Shown piece by piece: positions 19,596 to 27,709 of a stretch of 62,706 nt of DNA. Position numbers and translations under genes: made by a program. Origin of the DNA: Minisyncoccota bacterium (lineage in GTDB: Bacteria; Patescibacteriota; Minisyncoccia; JAHISW01; Tagabacteraceae); NCBI GenBank assembly GCA_028711505.1, contig JAQTSC010000004.1, forward strand, positions 1 through 62,706, given 5' to 3'. The notes beneath the pieces are model-generated. The model was not told the origin of the DNA, did not search any database, and saw nothing but the letters and a program-made list of their open reading frames with translations. Every line of letters begins with the position of its first letter. Position 1 is the first letter of the stretch.

Positions 19596-20444
19596 ATGGA
19601 AATCGGAAGCAGCCAAGGACCGGAAAAAGACCTGAAAGTTGTCTTAGTTTTTCTTTTGGGTTTGTTTTTGGTTTGGTACGCTTTGGGCGGACCTAAAAAC
19701 ATTCCTTTTCCAAAAGACCTTTTTGTGGACAAGACTCCCTTGGATGAAAATTATGGGTCTTCCTCTTCCGAGGCGAGCGGAACAAACGGCGTTTTGGCTT
19801 CCGGAGATAAAATAAGCATAAGCGTTTCGGGTGCCCGGGAGGCGAAGCCCCAAAGAGAATACATAGAAATAAAAGCTTCAAGCGGAAATAAAAATTCGAT
19901 AGACATAACCGGATGGATTCTTGTGGGAAAAACCGGACTCGATTTAAAAATACCGCAAGCGGTCAATCTTGTCGTTGCCGGTTCTGAAAATTATAAAACT
20001 GACGTTGTTTTGAAGCCCGGAGAAAAAGCCGTTATCAATACAGGAAGAAGCCCGATAGGATACAGTTTCAGGGTAAATAAATGTTCGGGCTATTTAAGCC
20101 AAGCGAATCTTTTTTATCCTTCTGTTTCAAAAAAATGCCCTTATCCCAAAGACGAAGATTGGCCGGCCGGCCTTTCGGACGCTTGCCGCGATTTTATAAA
20201 AACAATTTCCTCGTGCAGGGTAAACGTTTCGGTTCCAGTAAAGCTTGGCGATGAGTGCGCGTCGGCGATTTCGGAAAAACTTAATTACAATAAATGCGTT
20301 TCAACTCATAAAAACGACGAGAATTTTTATCAATCCGAATGGAGGGTTTACATGGATAGAGAGGAAGAGCTTTGGAAGAAAACCAGCGAGAGAATTATTT
20401 TAAAAGACAGAAACGGCAATATAGTTATTACTTCGGCGTATTAG
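19596..20444 (+). CDS. membrane-anchored protein with lamin-tail-like (LTD) domain and Cys-rich C-terminus
   Basis: 282 aa with an N-terminal TM helix. The EYIEIKA....DITGW pattern is typical of LTD domains. Eight Cys in the C-terminal half. Confidence 0.45.
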   Translation: MEIGSSQGPEKDLKVVLVFLLGLFLVWYALGGPKNIPFPKDLFVDKTPLDENYGSSSSEASGTNGVLASGDKISISVSGAREAKPQREYIEIKASSGNKNSIDITGWILVGKTGLDLKIPQAVNLVVAGSENYKTDVVLKPGEKAVINTGRSPIGYSFRVNKCSGYLSQANLFYPSVSKKCPYPKDEDWPAGLSDACRDFIKTISSCRVNVSVPVKLGDECASAISEKLNYNKCVSTHKNDENFYQSEWRVYMDREEELWKKTSERIILKDRNGNIVITSAY

Positions 20445-20983
20445 TTTTCTAAAATTTTAAAAAGTATTATTCCTGCGGCGACCGCCACGTTCAGAGATTC
20501 TTTTCCGCGGCGTTGCCTGAGGCTCCGATTTTTAGGATGACCGGCTTGCCGAACCATCTTCCCTTTTACCGGTATTTCTATTACGGCGTCGCATTTTTTA
20601 AGAATTTGTTCCGAGAGTCCGCGAACTTCGTTTCCCAAAATTAAAGCGGCGGGAAATTTTATTCTGTCCGCGCGGACAGAACCGAATTCTCTGTAATCAA
20701 TAGAATTTTTACTTTGTTCAACGGCGGAGACAAAAACTCCGTTGTTTTTTAATTTTATTATTAATCTCCCGATGTTTTTTTGTTTTTCCCAGGCAACGTA
20801 TTTTTCCGCGCCGAGCGCGGTTTTGACGATTTCTTTCCGGGTCTTTCCGAAAATATCCAAAGGAGCCGGAGTATAGCCGGTAAGATACATTTTTGATACT
20901 CCGGCAGTATCGGCGGTTCTGAAAATAGACCCGACATTATGAAGCGACCGGATGTTGTGAAGGATGAGAAAGATTTTTTTCAT
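20441..20983 (-). CDS. SpoU/TrmH family RNA 2'-O-methyltransferase with an insertion in the knot loop
   Basis: 180 aa with NVGSIFRTA, LILGNEVRGLS and IPVKG...ESLNVAVAAGIILF motifs. Confidence 0.8.
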   Translation of the reverse strand: MKKIFLILHNIRSLHNVGSIFRTADTAGVSKMYLTGYTPAPLDIFGKTRKEIVKTALGAEKYVAWEKQKNIGRLIIKLKNNGVFVSAVEQSKNSIDYREFGSVRADRIKFPAALILGNEVRGLSEQILKKCDAVIEIPVKGKMVRQAGHPKNRSLRQRRGKESLNVAVAAGIILFKILEN

Positions 20984-20995
20984 CTTACTTGCCGA

Positions 20996-21068
20996 TGCCC
21001 CGTGAGGGATTCGAACCCCCGACCATCTCCTTAAGAGGGAGTTGCTCTACCAACTGAGCTAACGGGGC
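20996..21068 (-). tRNA. tRNA-Lys (anticodon CTT)
   Basis: Cloverleaf folded by hand: acceptor GCCCCGT/ACGGGGC, anticodon loop CTCTTAA, T-loop TTCGAAT. CCA is not encoded. Confidence 0.9.
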
Positions 21069-21077
21069 AAGTTTTAA

Positions 21078-21605
21078 TCATGTATGCCTGTCCGCGACCG
21101 AACATGCGCAAAAAGAAAAAGGTTTTATCACCGGTTCAAGACCGTGGCCTTTTACCATGCCTATTACTCCTTCCACAAAATCCTTTGTCGGTCCATTCTG
21201 TCCTACGTCTATGTGCACGGTTATCTGGTTGTTTACTCCGCCAGGCGGCGCGGATCCGTCTGCGGAGACCGGCCAGAAAAATTCTTCTCCAAGGGTTTCT
21301 TTAAGCCGGCTTTTCAGTTCTTGCGTTAATGTTATTGAAAGCATCGCTTCCTTGTAAATTCTTTCCTGTAAAGTGTGGCAAAAAATTCTTCCTGTTTTCG
21401 TCCAAAAATATCTGCCTCCGTTCCCTACCCGTAAAACCGTTATCGCCGTAACAAAAAAAGTGTTTTTTATTCCGGGAGAATCCGAACCAACGGTTACCTG
21501 ATAACGGTCAGCCGGTTTTTCATTTACATACGATTTTATTTCCTCGATGACTTCGTCGAATCCTATCCGTTTTTTTATGGTGCTGTTGTAGAATTTCGTT
21601 TCCAT
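21078..21605 (-). CDS. YkuK/DUF458-like (RNase H-fold) protein
   Basis: 175 aa. The pattern Y.V.VGSDS......FVTAI.V.R.G.G resembles the YkuK family. Call is from memory of the family. Confidence 0.45.
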   Translation of the reverse strand: METKFYNSTIKKRIGFDEVIEEIKSYVNEKPADRYQVTVGSDSPGIKNTFFVTAITVLRVGNGGRYFWTKTGRIFCHTLQERIYKEAMLSITLTQELKSRLKETLGEEFFWPVSADGSAPPGGVNNQITVHIDVGQNGPTKDFVEGVIGMVKGHGLEPVIKPFSFCACSVADRHT

Positions 21606-21613
21606 CCCTGTTT

Positions 21614-22015
21614 TTACAATGGTAAGTCAAAAGAAAAAATTCCCGGGCCTGAAACTAAAATTGATAAAGCCGCCGCCAGCACAAGAAAATCAAAATCCCA
21701 ACCGCCGATAAATCCCGCCCCTCTTTTTATTTTTACAATCATAAAAAGAGTTATTAAGACAGCGAGGACGCAGGCTATTTGCGTAAAAATTCCTAACGCG
21801 AACATTGTGGCGGAAGCGATTTCCAGAAGACCCGTCAAATAAACCCATAATTTTTCGCGTTTAAATCCTGCCGCTTTAAAAACATTGGCTGTTTGTACGA
21901 ATTCCGTAAGGATTTTAGCGCGGCCGGTTCCGAAAAACATCACTGCAAGCGCCAATCTTAAAAAAAGAGGCGACAACTCCTGGTATTTTAGGAGTTCCGG
22001 AAAAACGCTTAGCAT
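21614..22015 (-). CDS. DoxX family membrane protein
   Basis: 133 aa with four predicted TM helices and a DoxX-like N-terminal segment (LRLALAVMFFGTG). Confidence 0.55.
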   Translation of the reverse strand: MLSVFPELLKYQELSPLFLRLALAVMFFGTGRAKILTEFVQTANVFKAAGFKREKLWVYLTGLLEIASATMFALGIFTQIACVLAVLITLFMIVKIKRGAGFIGGWDFDFLVLAAALSILVSGPGIFSFDLPL

Positions 22016-22030
22016 GTTTTTACTTTAGTT

Positions 22031-22177
22031 TTAAGAGAGTTTTTTTTCAAGATGCCTGTGTTGCTGGCAGACTTTTTTTATTTTTTCCGTTTCTTCCTCA
22101 AAAGGCAGAAACAGACCGCGGATGCGGTTCTTTTCTTTTCTTATATTTATTCTCGCGCTTTTGGGCAGTTTTTTCAT
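22031..22177 (-). CDS. small basic hypothetical protein (48 aa from internal ATG)
   Basis: Only the part of the 74-aa ORF from MKKLPKS onward looks protein-like. The upstream part overlaps the pilM promoter region. Confidence 0.25.
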   Translation of the reverse strand: MKKLPKSARINIRKEKNRIRGLFLPFEEETEKIKKVCQQHRHLEKKLS

Positions 22178-22267
22178 ACGGGGAATAATAGCATTATCCA
22201 CGCCGGTTGGATACGTCTGGTTGGAGGTTCGGATTATACATAGTATAATTAACAATCATAAGCTTTC

Positions 22268-23347
22268 ATGAAATTGTTTTCTAAATTTTTTCCGCTCCCC
22301 CATTATCTGCGCGTGCCGGTAGTCGGTCTTGATATTTCCGACAGAAGCATCAAATATGCGGAATTGGATAGCCGCGGCGGGTTGCTTGCGCTTAAAAAGT
22401 TCGGGAAGAAAACAATAGAAAAAGGCATAATAGAAAAAGGCGTTATTTTGGATAAAGTAAAACTTGTTGAACAGCTGAAAAACGTGGCGCGGGATCTGGA
22501 CAATAAAAATACGGCCATTGCTCTCCCCGAAGAAAAAGCGTTTTTGAAACTGATACACCTTCCTTTTATCGAAGACAGCCAAGTCAGGGGGAGCGTTGAA
22601 GTCCAGATTGAAGAAATAGTCCCCCTTCCTTCAAGCGAAGTTGTTTTTGATTTTGAAATAATAGGGCGTTTCCCGGAAAAAAATCGTCTGGATGTCGTGT
22701 TAAGTGTTTTTCCTTCCAAGATTGCCGAAGACTATGCCGAAGTTTTGGACGAAGCGGACCTTTCTCCTTTTGCGTTTGAGGTGGAAAGCCAATCGGTTTT
22801 TCGCTCTTTGGTCAGCGCTCTTGATGGCAAAGCGACAATGGTTATTGATTTTGGCAAAACAAGAACGAGTTTTTTTGTCGGAGAAAACGGATGCGTTAAA
22901 TTCTGCTCAACGGTGGCGGTCGCAGGGGAAAGCATGGACAGCGCTCTTTCCAAGGCCATGAACATAAATGTCTTTGAAGCCGAGAAAGAAAAAAAGAATA
23001 TAGTCTTCAGGGCTAACGGAGAAAGTGCGGCGTTGTCCGCGGTTTTGCCTGCAATTTCGGTTTTAAAGGACGAAGCAAAAAGAGTTTTGAGTTATTGGCA
23101 GACTCACGCTTCCGACCAGGGTTTTGAAAATATTGACATAGAAAAAATTCTTCTTTGCGGAGGAGACGCAAATATGCCCGGACTTACGGATTATTTTTCT
23201 CATGAGCTAAAACGAACGGTAGAAAACGGCAATCCGTGGATCAATATAACTTCACTTAAGGAGTATGTTCCCGAGATGGAAAGAAGAGAATCTCTTTTGT
23301 ACGCGACGGCGCTGGGGCTTTCCTTGAGGTCTTTTTACCATGATTAA
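22268..23347 (+). CDS. pilM: type IV pilus assembly protein PilM
   Basis: 359 aa with an actin-like ATPase fold pattern (GLDISDRSIKYAEL, VIDFGKTRT, LLCGGDANMPGL). Followed by pilN/pilO-like genes. Confidence 0.85.
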   Translation: MKLFSKFFPLPHYLRVPVVGLDISDRSIKYAELDSRGGLLALKKFGKKTIEKGIIEKGVILDKVKLVEQLKNVARDLDNKNTAIALPEEKAFLKLIHLPFIEDSQVRGSVEVQIEEIVPLPSSEVVFDFEIIGRFPEKNRLDVVLSVFPSKIAEDYAEVLDEADLSPFAFEVESQSVFRSLVSALDGKATMVIDFGKTRTSFFVGENGCVKFCSTVAVAGESMDSALSKAMNINVFEAEKEKKNIVFRANGESAALSAVLPAISVLKDEAKRVLSYWQTHASDQGFENIDIEKILLCGGDANMPGLTDYFSHELKRTVENGNPWINITSLKEYVPEMERRESLLYATALGLSLRSFYHD

Positions 23348-23888
23348 TCTTCTCCCTGTTTCCTGCAAAAAAAAGGCGGAGCGCGAAATTTTAAGGCGTT
23401 TTATCGTGGTTTTTGGCTTGGGCCTGGCTTTTCTTTTTTTCGTTGAAGCCGCCGCGGCGTTCGTTCTTTATTTTACTTCCGATGTTTATCTTAAAAATTT
23501 TCAGCAGCAGATGGCTTCCACTGAAAATTTGGCGAAAATGAAAAATTTGGTCGTGCTGGAGGAAAACGTCGGAGAATTGAATGAATTTTTAAAAAGTTTT
23601 TCTTCGGAAGCGCCGGATGCGGAAAAAATTTCAAAAGAAATTTCTATTATTGCGAAATTTTTACCTTCTTCCCTTAAAATCAAATCTTTTTCTTTTGAGC
23701 CGGCAAAAGACGGAGCCTCTATTTCTAAAGTGAATCTTACCGGTTTTGCCGGAAGCCGCGATGATTTGCTTGATTTCACCGGTGATTTAAGAAGAAGCGG
23801 CGAATTTGAATCAATTCAATCTCCTGTGTCCAATATTCTGACGGAAAAAGAATTTGATTTTTTAATTGAAATAGTCCTTAAAAATTAA
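23340..23888 (+). CDS. pilN: PilN-like pilus assembly protein
   Basis: 182 aa with MINLLP N-terminus and a single TM. Start overlaps the pilM stop. Confidence 0.7.
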   Translation: MINLLPVSCKKKAEREILRRFIVVFGLGLAFLFFVEAAAAFVLYFTSDVYLKNFQQQMASTENLAKMKNLVVLEENVGELNEFLKSFSSEAPDAEKISKEISIIAKFLPSSLKIKSFSFEPAKDGASISKVNLTGFAGSRDDLLDFTGDLRRSGEFESIQSPVSNILTEKEFDFLIEIVLKN

Positions 23889-23889
23889 A

Positions 23890-24411
23890 ATGGGAAAAGG
23901 AAGAAAAAAATTCATAATAAGCCTGGCTTTAATAGCGCTATTGAATATGGCGCTGGTTTCCGCAATTTATTTTTTGCTTTCCGCCGAGTATAAGAAAAAA
24001 GCAAAAGTTGACGAGCTTAAAACAAGTATTTTGATAAACGAAAAAAGGATAGAAAATACAAAACGCCTTGAGGACCAGCTTGCTGAAGCGAAAGAAGAGA
24101 AGGAAAAAATAGAATCCGTCTTTTTGGACAAAGATAATCTGATAAAATTTATACAAGAGCTCGAATCTTTGGCAAAAATCGCGAATGTCGACATGGAAAT
24201 GAAATCCGTTGAAATGGGCTTTGGCTCCGTGGGCGCAAAACCGTTTTTCAGTTTTACCGCCGCGGGAGATTTTTCCGATATCTATCGATTTCTTGTTTTA
24301 ATCGAAAACGATCCTTACCAGATAAAAATAAGCAGGCTTCAGCTGCAAAATTTGGTTGAAGGTAAAAAATGGGAAGCCGGTTTTTCCGTGCGGCTTTTAA
24401 GTTTTAAATAA
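23890..24411 (+). CDS. PilO-like pilus assembly protein
   Basis: 173 aa with TM plus coiled coil plus C-terminal beta-rich domain. Its position follows pilN. Confidence 0.55.
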   Translation: MGKGRKKFIISLALIALLNMALVSAIYFLLSAEYKKKAKVDELKTSILINEKRIENTKRLEDQLAEAKEEKEKIESVFLDKDNLIKFIQELESLAKIANVDMEMKSVEMGFGSVGAKPFFSFTAAGDFSDIYRFLVLIENDPYQIKISRLQLQNLVEGKKWEAGFSVRLLSFK

Positions 24412-24413
24412 AA

Positions 24414-24713
24414 ATGGGAATAAAATTTAAAAATTTGCTGAAAATAAAGAAACCCAGGATTGGAAGAGGGCTGACGTGGCGTCTGGGGCTCATTGCTTTT
24501 TTCTTCTTCTTCGTTGTAATATTTGTTTTGAATTTGCGTTTTTTGGGAAGACTTCAAGAAAGCCTGAATATTGTCGCGGAAGAAAAGGATTTTTCCATTG
24601 AGTCGGTGGAGTTTGACCTTTTGACAAAGATATCAGAAAATATGGTTGAAAAAGAATCCGCTTTTGAAAAATATAAGCAGGAAGTTCCAAACATAAACGA
24701 TCCTTCTATTTAA
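24414..24713 (+). CDS. small membrane protein, last gene of the pilMNO operon
   Basis: 99 aa with one TM helix. Tightly packed after the pilO-like gene. Confidence 0.4.
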   Translation: MGIKFKNLLKIKKPRIGRGLTWRLGLIAFFFFFVVIFVLNLRFLGRLQESLNIVAEEKDFSIESVEFDLLTKISENMVEKESAFEKYKQEVPNINDPSI

Positions 24714-24734
24714 TTAAAGTTTTTAAATAATCAA

Positions 24735-24809
24735 GCCCCCGTAGTTCAACGGATAGAACGGCTCCCTTCTAAGGAGCAGATCTAGGTTCGATTCCTGGTG
24801 GGGGCACCA
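24735..24809 (+). tRNA. tRNA-Arg (anticodon TCT), CCA encoded
   Basis: Acceptor GCCCCCG/TGGGGGC, anticodon loop CTTCTAA, T-loop TTCGATT, terminal ACCA. Confidence 0.9.
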
Positions 24810-24877
24810 GTATCAAACTTTCAGGAATTTAGTAGAAACAAAGAAGAAAAAAAGTATTTTTGAATTTAAAAAACTGC

Positions 24878-24949
24878 GCGCGGTTAGCTCAGTGGCAGAG
24901 CAACGCTTTTACACAGCGAAGGCCGGGGGTTCAAATCCCTCACCGCGCA
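24878..24949 (+). tRNA. tRNA-Val (anticodon TAC)
   Basis: Acceptor GCGCGGT/ACCGCGC, D-arm GCTCAGTGGCAGAGC, anticodon loop TTTACAC, T-loop TTCAAAT. Confidence 0.88.
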
Positions 24950-25307
24950 ATGAGCGAAGCGAACGGAGCGGTGAAAGAAAAGCAAACTGCTTTGCTTTTC
25001 GCCGGGATTTGAAGGCCGGAGTTATGCCGAGCAAAGCGAGGCAAACGAGGCGGGGCCGAAAAATCCGCCAATGGCGGATATTTGTGGCAAAATCCCTCAC
25101 CGCGCAATGAGCGAAGCGAACGGAGCGGTGAAAGAAAAGCAAACTGCTTTGCTTTTCGCCGGGATTTGAAGGCCGGAGTTATGCCGAGCAAAGCGAGGCA
25201 AACGAGGCGGGGCCGAAAAATCCGCCAATGGCGGATATTTGTGGCAAAATCCCTCACCGCGCAATGAGCGAAGCGAACGGAGCGGTGAAAGAAAAGCAAA
25301 CTGCTTT
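24933..25307 (+). repeat. 2.4 tandem copies of a 157-nt unit that begins with the last 17 nt of tRNA-Val
   Basis: AAATCCCTCACCGCGCA occurs at 24933, 25090 and 25247. Units 1 and 2 are identical base for base, and unit 3 breaks off at 25307. More GC-rich than the flanks, with internal hairpins. Confidence 0.95.
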
Positions 25308-25339
25308 TTATTTTGGCAAAAATTTGAGATAATCAAAAA

Positions 25340-25657
25340 ATGGACGAATTAAAACAATTGCTTCAGCGCAACCTTGAAGTTTCCGAGGAATCCCTTAATA
25401 TATTGAAAAAAATGCACCATAGCCAGCAAATCGGCAGGGTGCTTCGTTTTTTGAAATGGACGCTCATAATAATAATATCGCTTGGCGCTTACTACTATAT
25501 CCAGCCGTTCGTATCTACTTTTTGGGACACCTTCGTAAAAATTCAATCAGATATTTCTGCTTTGAGCGGTACTGGAGAAACGCAGCCGAAAAGCGAGCCG
25601 TCTGATTTGATTCAAAATATACAGAAGCTTTTTGGCAGGCAGGTAGAGAATAATTAA
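25340..25657 (+). CDS. hypothetical single-pass membrane protein
   Basis: 105-aa ORF with one TM helix (WTLIIIISLGAYYYI). Confidence 0.4.
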   Translation: MDELKQLLQRNLEVSEESLNILKKMHHSQQIGRVLRFLKWTLIIIISLGAYYYIQPFVSTFWDTFVKIQSDISALSGTGETQPKSEPSDLIQNIQKLFGRQVENN

Positions 25658-25668
25658 AGTTTAATATT

Positions 25669-25740
25669 GCCGAGGTAGCTCAGTGGTAGAGCATTTCTCT
25701 GAAAAAGAAAGGGTCGGTGGTTCGATTCCACTCCTCGGCA
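25669..25740 (+). tRNA. tRNA-Phe (anticodon GAA)
   Basis: GCCGAGGTAGCTCAGTGGTAGAGC..., anticodon loop CTGAAAA, acceptor 3' CCTCGGC-A. Confidence 0.9.
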
Positions 25741-25965
25741 TCATACTTAGAAAAGGTCAGACTGGATGTTTTGTTCTAATCTTGCCCGAAGGCTTAGAAG
25801 AAAAATCTCTATATTGATTGTTTGGGAAATTCCAAAGAATTTCTGTTTTTATTTTTGGTTCTTGATTTTTCCCTCTGTTTTATTGTATTTTTGCCGGAGA
25901 CGGTTATTGACAGTTTGGATTGATTTGCGTTTTGGAACTTTGAAAACCAAAAAGGAGGCAAAAGG

Positions 25966-26553
25966 ATGGAAGAAAAACAAGGACTGTCTTCAAGAGAACT
26001 TCTTGAAAGCGTGTATAACGCCCTTAAAGAGGGATGCAGAGAAATTCAATTTTCATCAAGAGCGATGGCTGAAATCGCCGATGACTCGGATTGGCATAGA
26101 TCGCGGACCGGCTATACCGGTTATGAGTCCGCCGCGCTTTTTAATGCCGGCGGGAAAAAATGGGCCGTGGCTTTTGGAATTAAATGCGGAAGTTATCCGG
26201 CAGACCCCTATAATTGCGATATCGCCGCGGTGGAACTTACCGGTGGCGGAAATACCAATAAGGAAATTGCGGCGGAAGTCCAATCCGCCCTCAGAAGAAA
26301 CAGTTATTTCCGCGATTCCCTTGTCTACGCGATGGCAGACGGTCAGCTTAAGGTAAAAAAAGACGGACGTTTTAGCAAGAAGACGCTTGAACTTTTAGGT
26401 CCAAAAGTTCAAGAATTTGTGGCAAAGGACGTTAGGATTGATCCGAATTATCTAACAATGGATTTACGCCCGGTGGTAAAATCCGCTGTTCGGTATAAGC
26501 CTGAATTTGTTGCTTTTCTTCGGGATACGTTTCGAACACTTCTTTCATCTTGA
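25966..26553 (+). CDS. hypothetical protein, no recognisable domain
   Basis: 195-aa ORF with a strong AGGAGG Shine-Dalgarno sequence 8 nt upstream and a terminator downstream. Visibly more GC-rich than its neighbours. Confidence 0.6.
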   Translation: MEEKQGLSSRELLESVYNALKEGCREIQFSSRAMAEIADDSDWHRSRTGYTGYESAALFNAGGKKWAVAFGIKCGSYPADPYNCDIAAVELTGGGNTNKEIAAEVQSALRRNSYFRDSLVYAMADGQLKVKKDGRFSKKTLELLGPKVQEFVAKDVRIDPNYLTMDLRPVVKSAVRYKPEFVAFLRDTFRTLLSS

Positions 26554-26609
26554 AATAATATCTTGAATTAGCTCTTTTTAGTTCTTTCCCCCTACTTTTG
26601 TCCATAACG

Positions 26610-26641
26610 AAAAACACCTTCATTAAAATGAAGGTGTTTTT
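26610..26641. terminator. bidirectional intrinsic terminator
   Basis: AAAAACACCTTCAT-TAAA-ATGAAGGTGTTTTT, between convergent genes. Confidence 0.8.
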
Positions 26642-26655
26642 GTCTGTAGTTTATT

Positions 26656-27435
26656 TTATTCAAGCTTGCCCATGTTTTTAGCCTGCAACCATGCCAATTC
26701 AAAAATTTTTTTCATCGCGTCGGCAATCTCTCCGGACTCTATAATAATTCCAAGTTTCTCTCTCCAAGAAGCAATCATAATTTTATTGTCGTAGATATCT
26801 ATTTCAGGCGAAAAATTATATTTATCAACGGGGACCAAAGCCAAATCACGAGCTTCTTCTTTCCCCAGTTTCATGCGTTCGCGGGCAAGCGGCGTATCCG
26901 GAGCAATTCCTCGGGCAAAAATCCCTTTTTTGGCTCGACGTTTATAATAATCCGGGAAATAATTGGGCAGAGTTTTGTGCATATCGTCAAAAGTCGCGTA
27001 CGCGACAATTGATTTAGAAGCGGTAAGAGTGTCTTCGTAAACTTGCTTTAGCCCTTCAATTCCTTCATAAAAACGTACCTTTGGCCGATCTCCTATATTG
27101 TATGTTGTCATAAGCTCCGGAAGTATTTTGTTAACTTCGTCGGCAATAAATTTTTGTTTTCTTGCTTTATTGTTCAGAAAGTTCACTAATTTTTCCGGAG
27201 ACTCCGCCATATATTCTTGTTTGGGTTCTTTGCCCGAAATGCCGACTAGCCCTTTATTGGCCAAGCCGTCAAGAATCACATATCCTGTTGTTCTGTTGAT
27301 TCCGGCTTTTCGCGAAATTTCCGAAACTTTTCCTCTCCCAATTTCCAAAAGAGCCAGAAAAACAGATATTTCTTTGTCTAAGAAACCCGCTTGCTTTAGC
27401 AGACTCCCTACTTTAATTATTTGTTCTTTGATCAT
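26656..27435 (-). CDS. TrmB family transcriptional regulator
   Basis: 259 aa with an N-terminal winged HTH (VSEISRKAGINRTTGYVILDGLANKGLV) and a TrmB C-terminal domain. Confidence 0.75.
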   Translation of the reverse strand: MIKEQIIKVGSLLKQAGFLDKEISVFLALLEIGRGKVSEISRKAGINRTTGYVILDGLANKGLVGISGKEPKQEYMAESPEKLVNFLNNKARKQKFIADEVNKILPELMTTYNIGDRPKVRFYEGIEGLKQVYEDTLTASKSIVAYATFDDMHKTLPNYFPDYYKRRAKKGIFARGIAPDTPLARERMKLGKEEARDLALVPVDKYNFSPEIDIYDNKIMIASWREKLGIIIESGEIADAMKKIFELAWLQAKNMGKLE

Positions 27436-27549
27436 AAAAACATTTTAGTAAATGGTTTAAATTGTGTCAATAGTTTATAACAATATTTACAAAATATGCT
27501 TATCTCCCTGTATTTATTAGCCTGTAAAATATTAAATTGATTATTTATA

Positions 27550-27577
27550 TTGACAAATTATTCTTACGTGCTATCTT
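27550..27577 (+). promoter_or_regulatory. candidate promoter for the radical SAM gene
   Basis: TTGACA (27550-27555), 16 nt spacer, TATCTT (27572-27577). Lies about 130 nt upstream of the ATG. Confidence 0.35.
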
Positions 27578-27709
27578 TCATGGCAGAACAGGTTCGCCGT
27601 ACGTTGAAAATAGAGGAAAAACAGAAGGAGGATTAAAAACAAATTTGGATAGAAAAAGATGGCGGTTTTGGTTGCTTTTTAAACTAGCTGTTAGAAAGGA
27701 GAAGAAAAA

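Noticed and set aside
24933-25307. Possible CRISPR array
   Set aside because: The copies are contiguous 157-nt units with no unique spacers, the period is far too long, and no cas genes or leader are present.
24892-25336. Five ORFs of 61-119 aa on both strands covering the tRNA-Val tandem repeat
   Set aside because: They are the same repeat read in several frames, and identical peptides recur with the 157-nt period. They start inside or antisense to a tRNA, have no ribosome-binding sites, and are Arg/Ser/Phe-rich low-complexity sequence. I treat them as non-coding.
25766-26356. 196-aa ORF overlapping the 195-aa gene in another frame
   Set aside because: It has no ribosome-binding site and a Arg/Trp/Cys/Pro-rich, protein-unlike sequence. 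The 25966 frame has an AGGAGG site and normal composition.
27580-27636. 18-codon ORF (MAEQVRRTLKIEEKQKED) upstream of the radical SAM gene as a possible precursor peptide
   Set aside because: Its ATG lies at or before the predicted transcription start and it has no Shine-Dalgarno sequence. It has no Cys, Ser or Thr-rich core of the kind modified by SPASM enzymes. I cannot support it.
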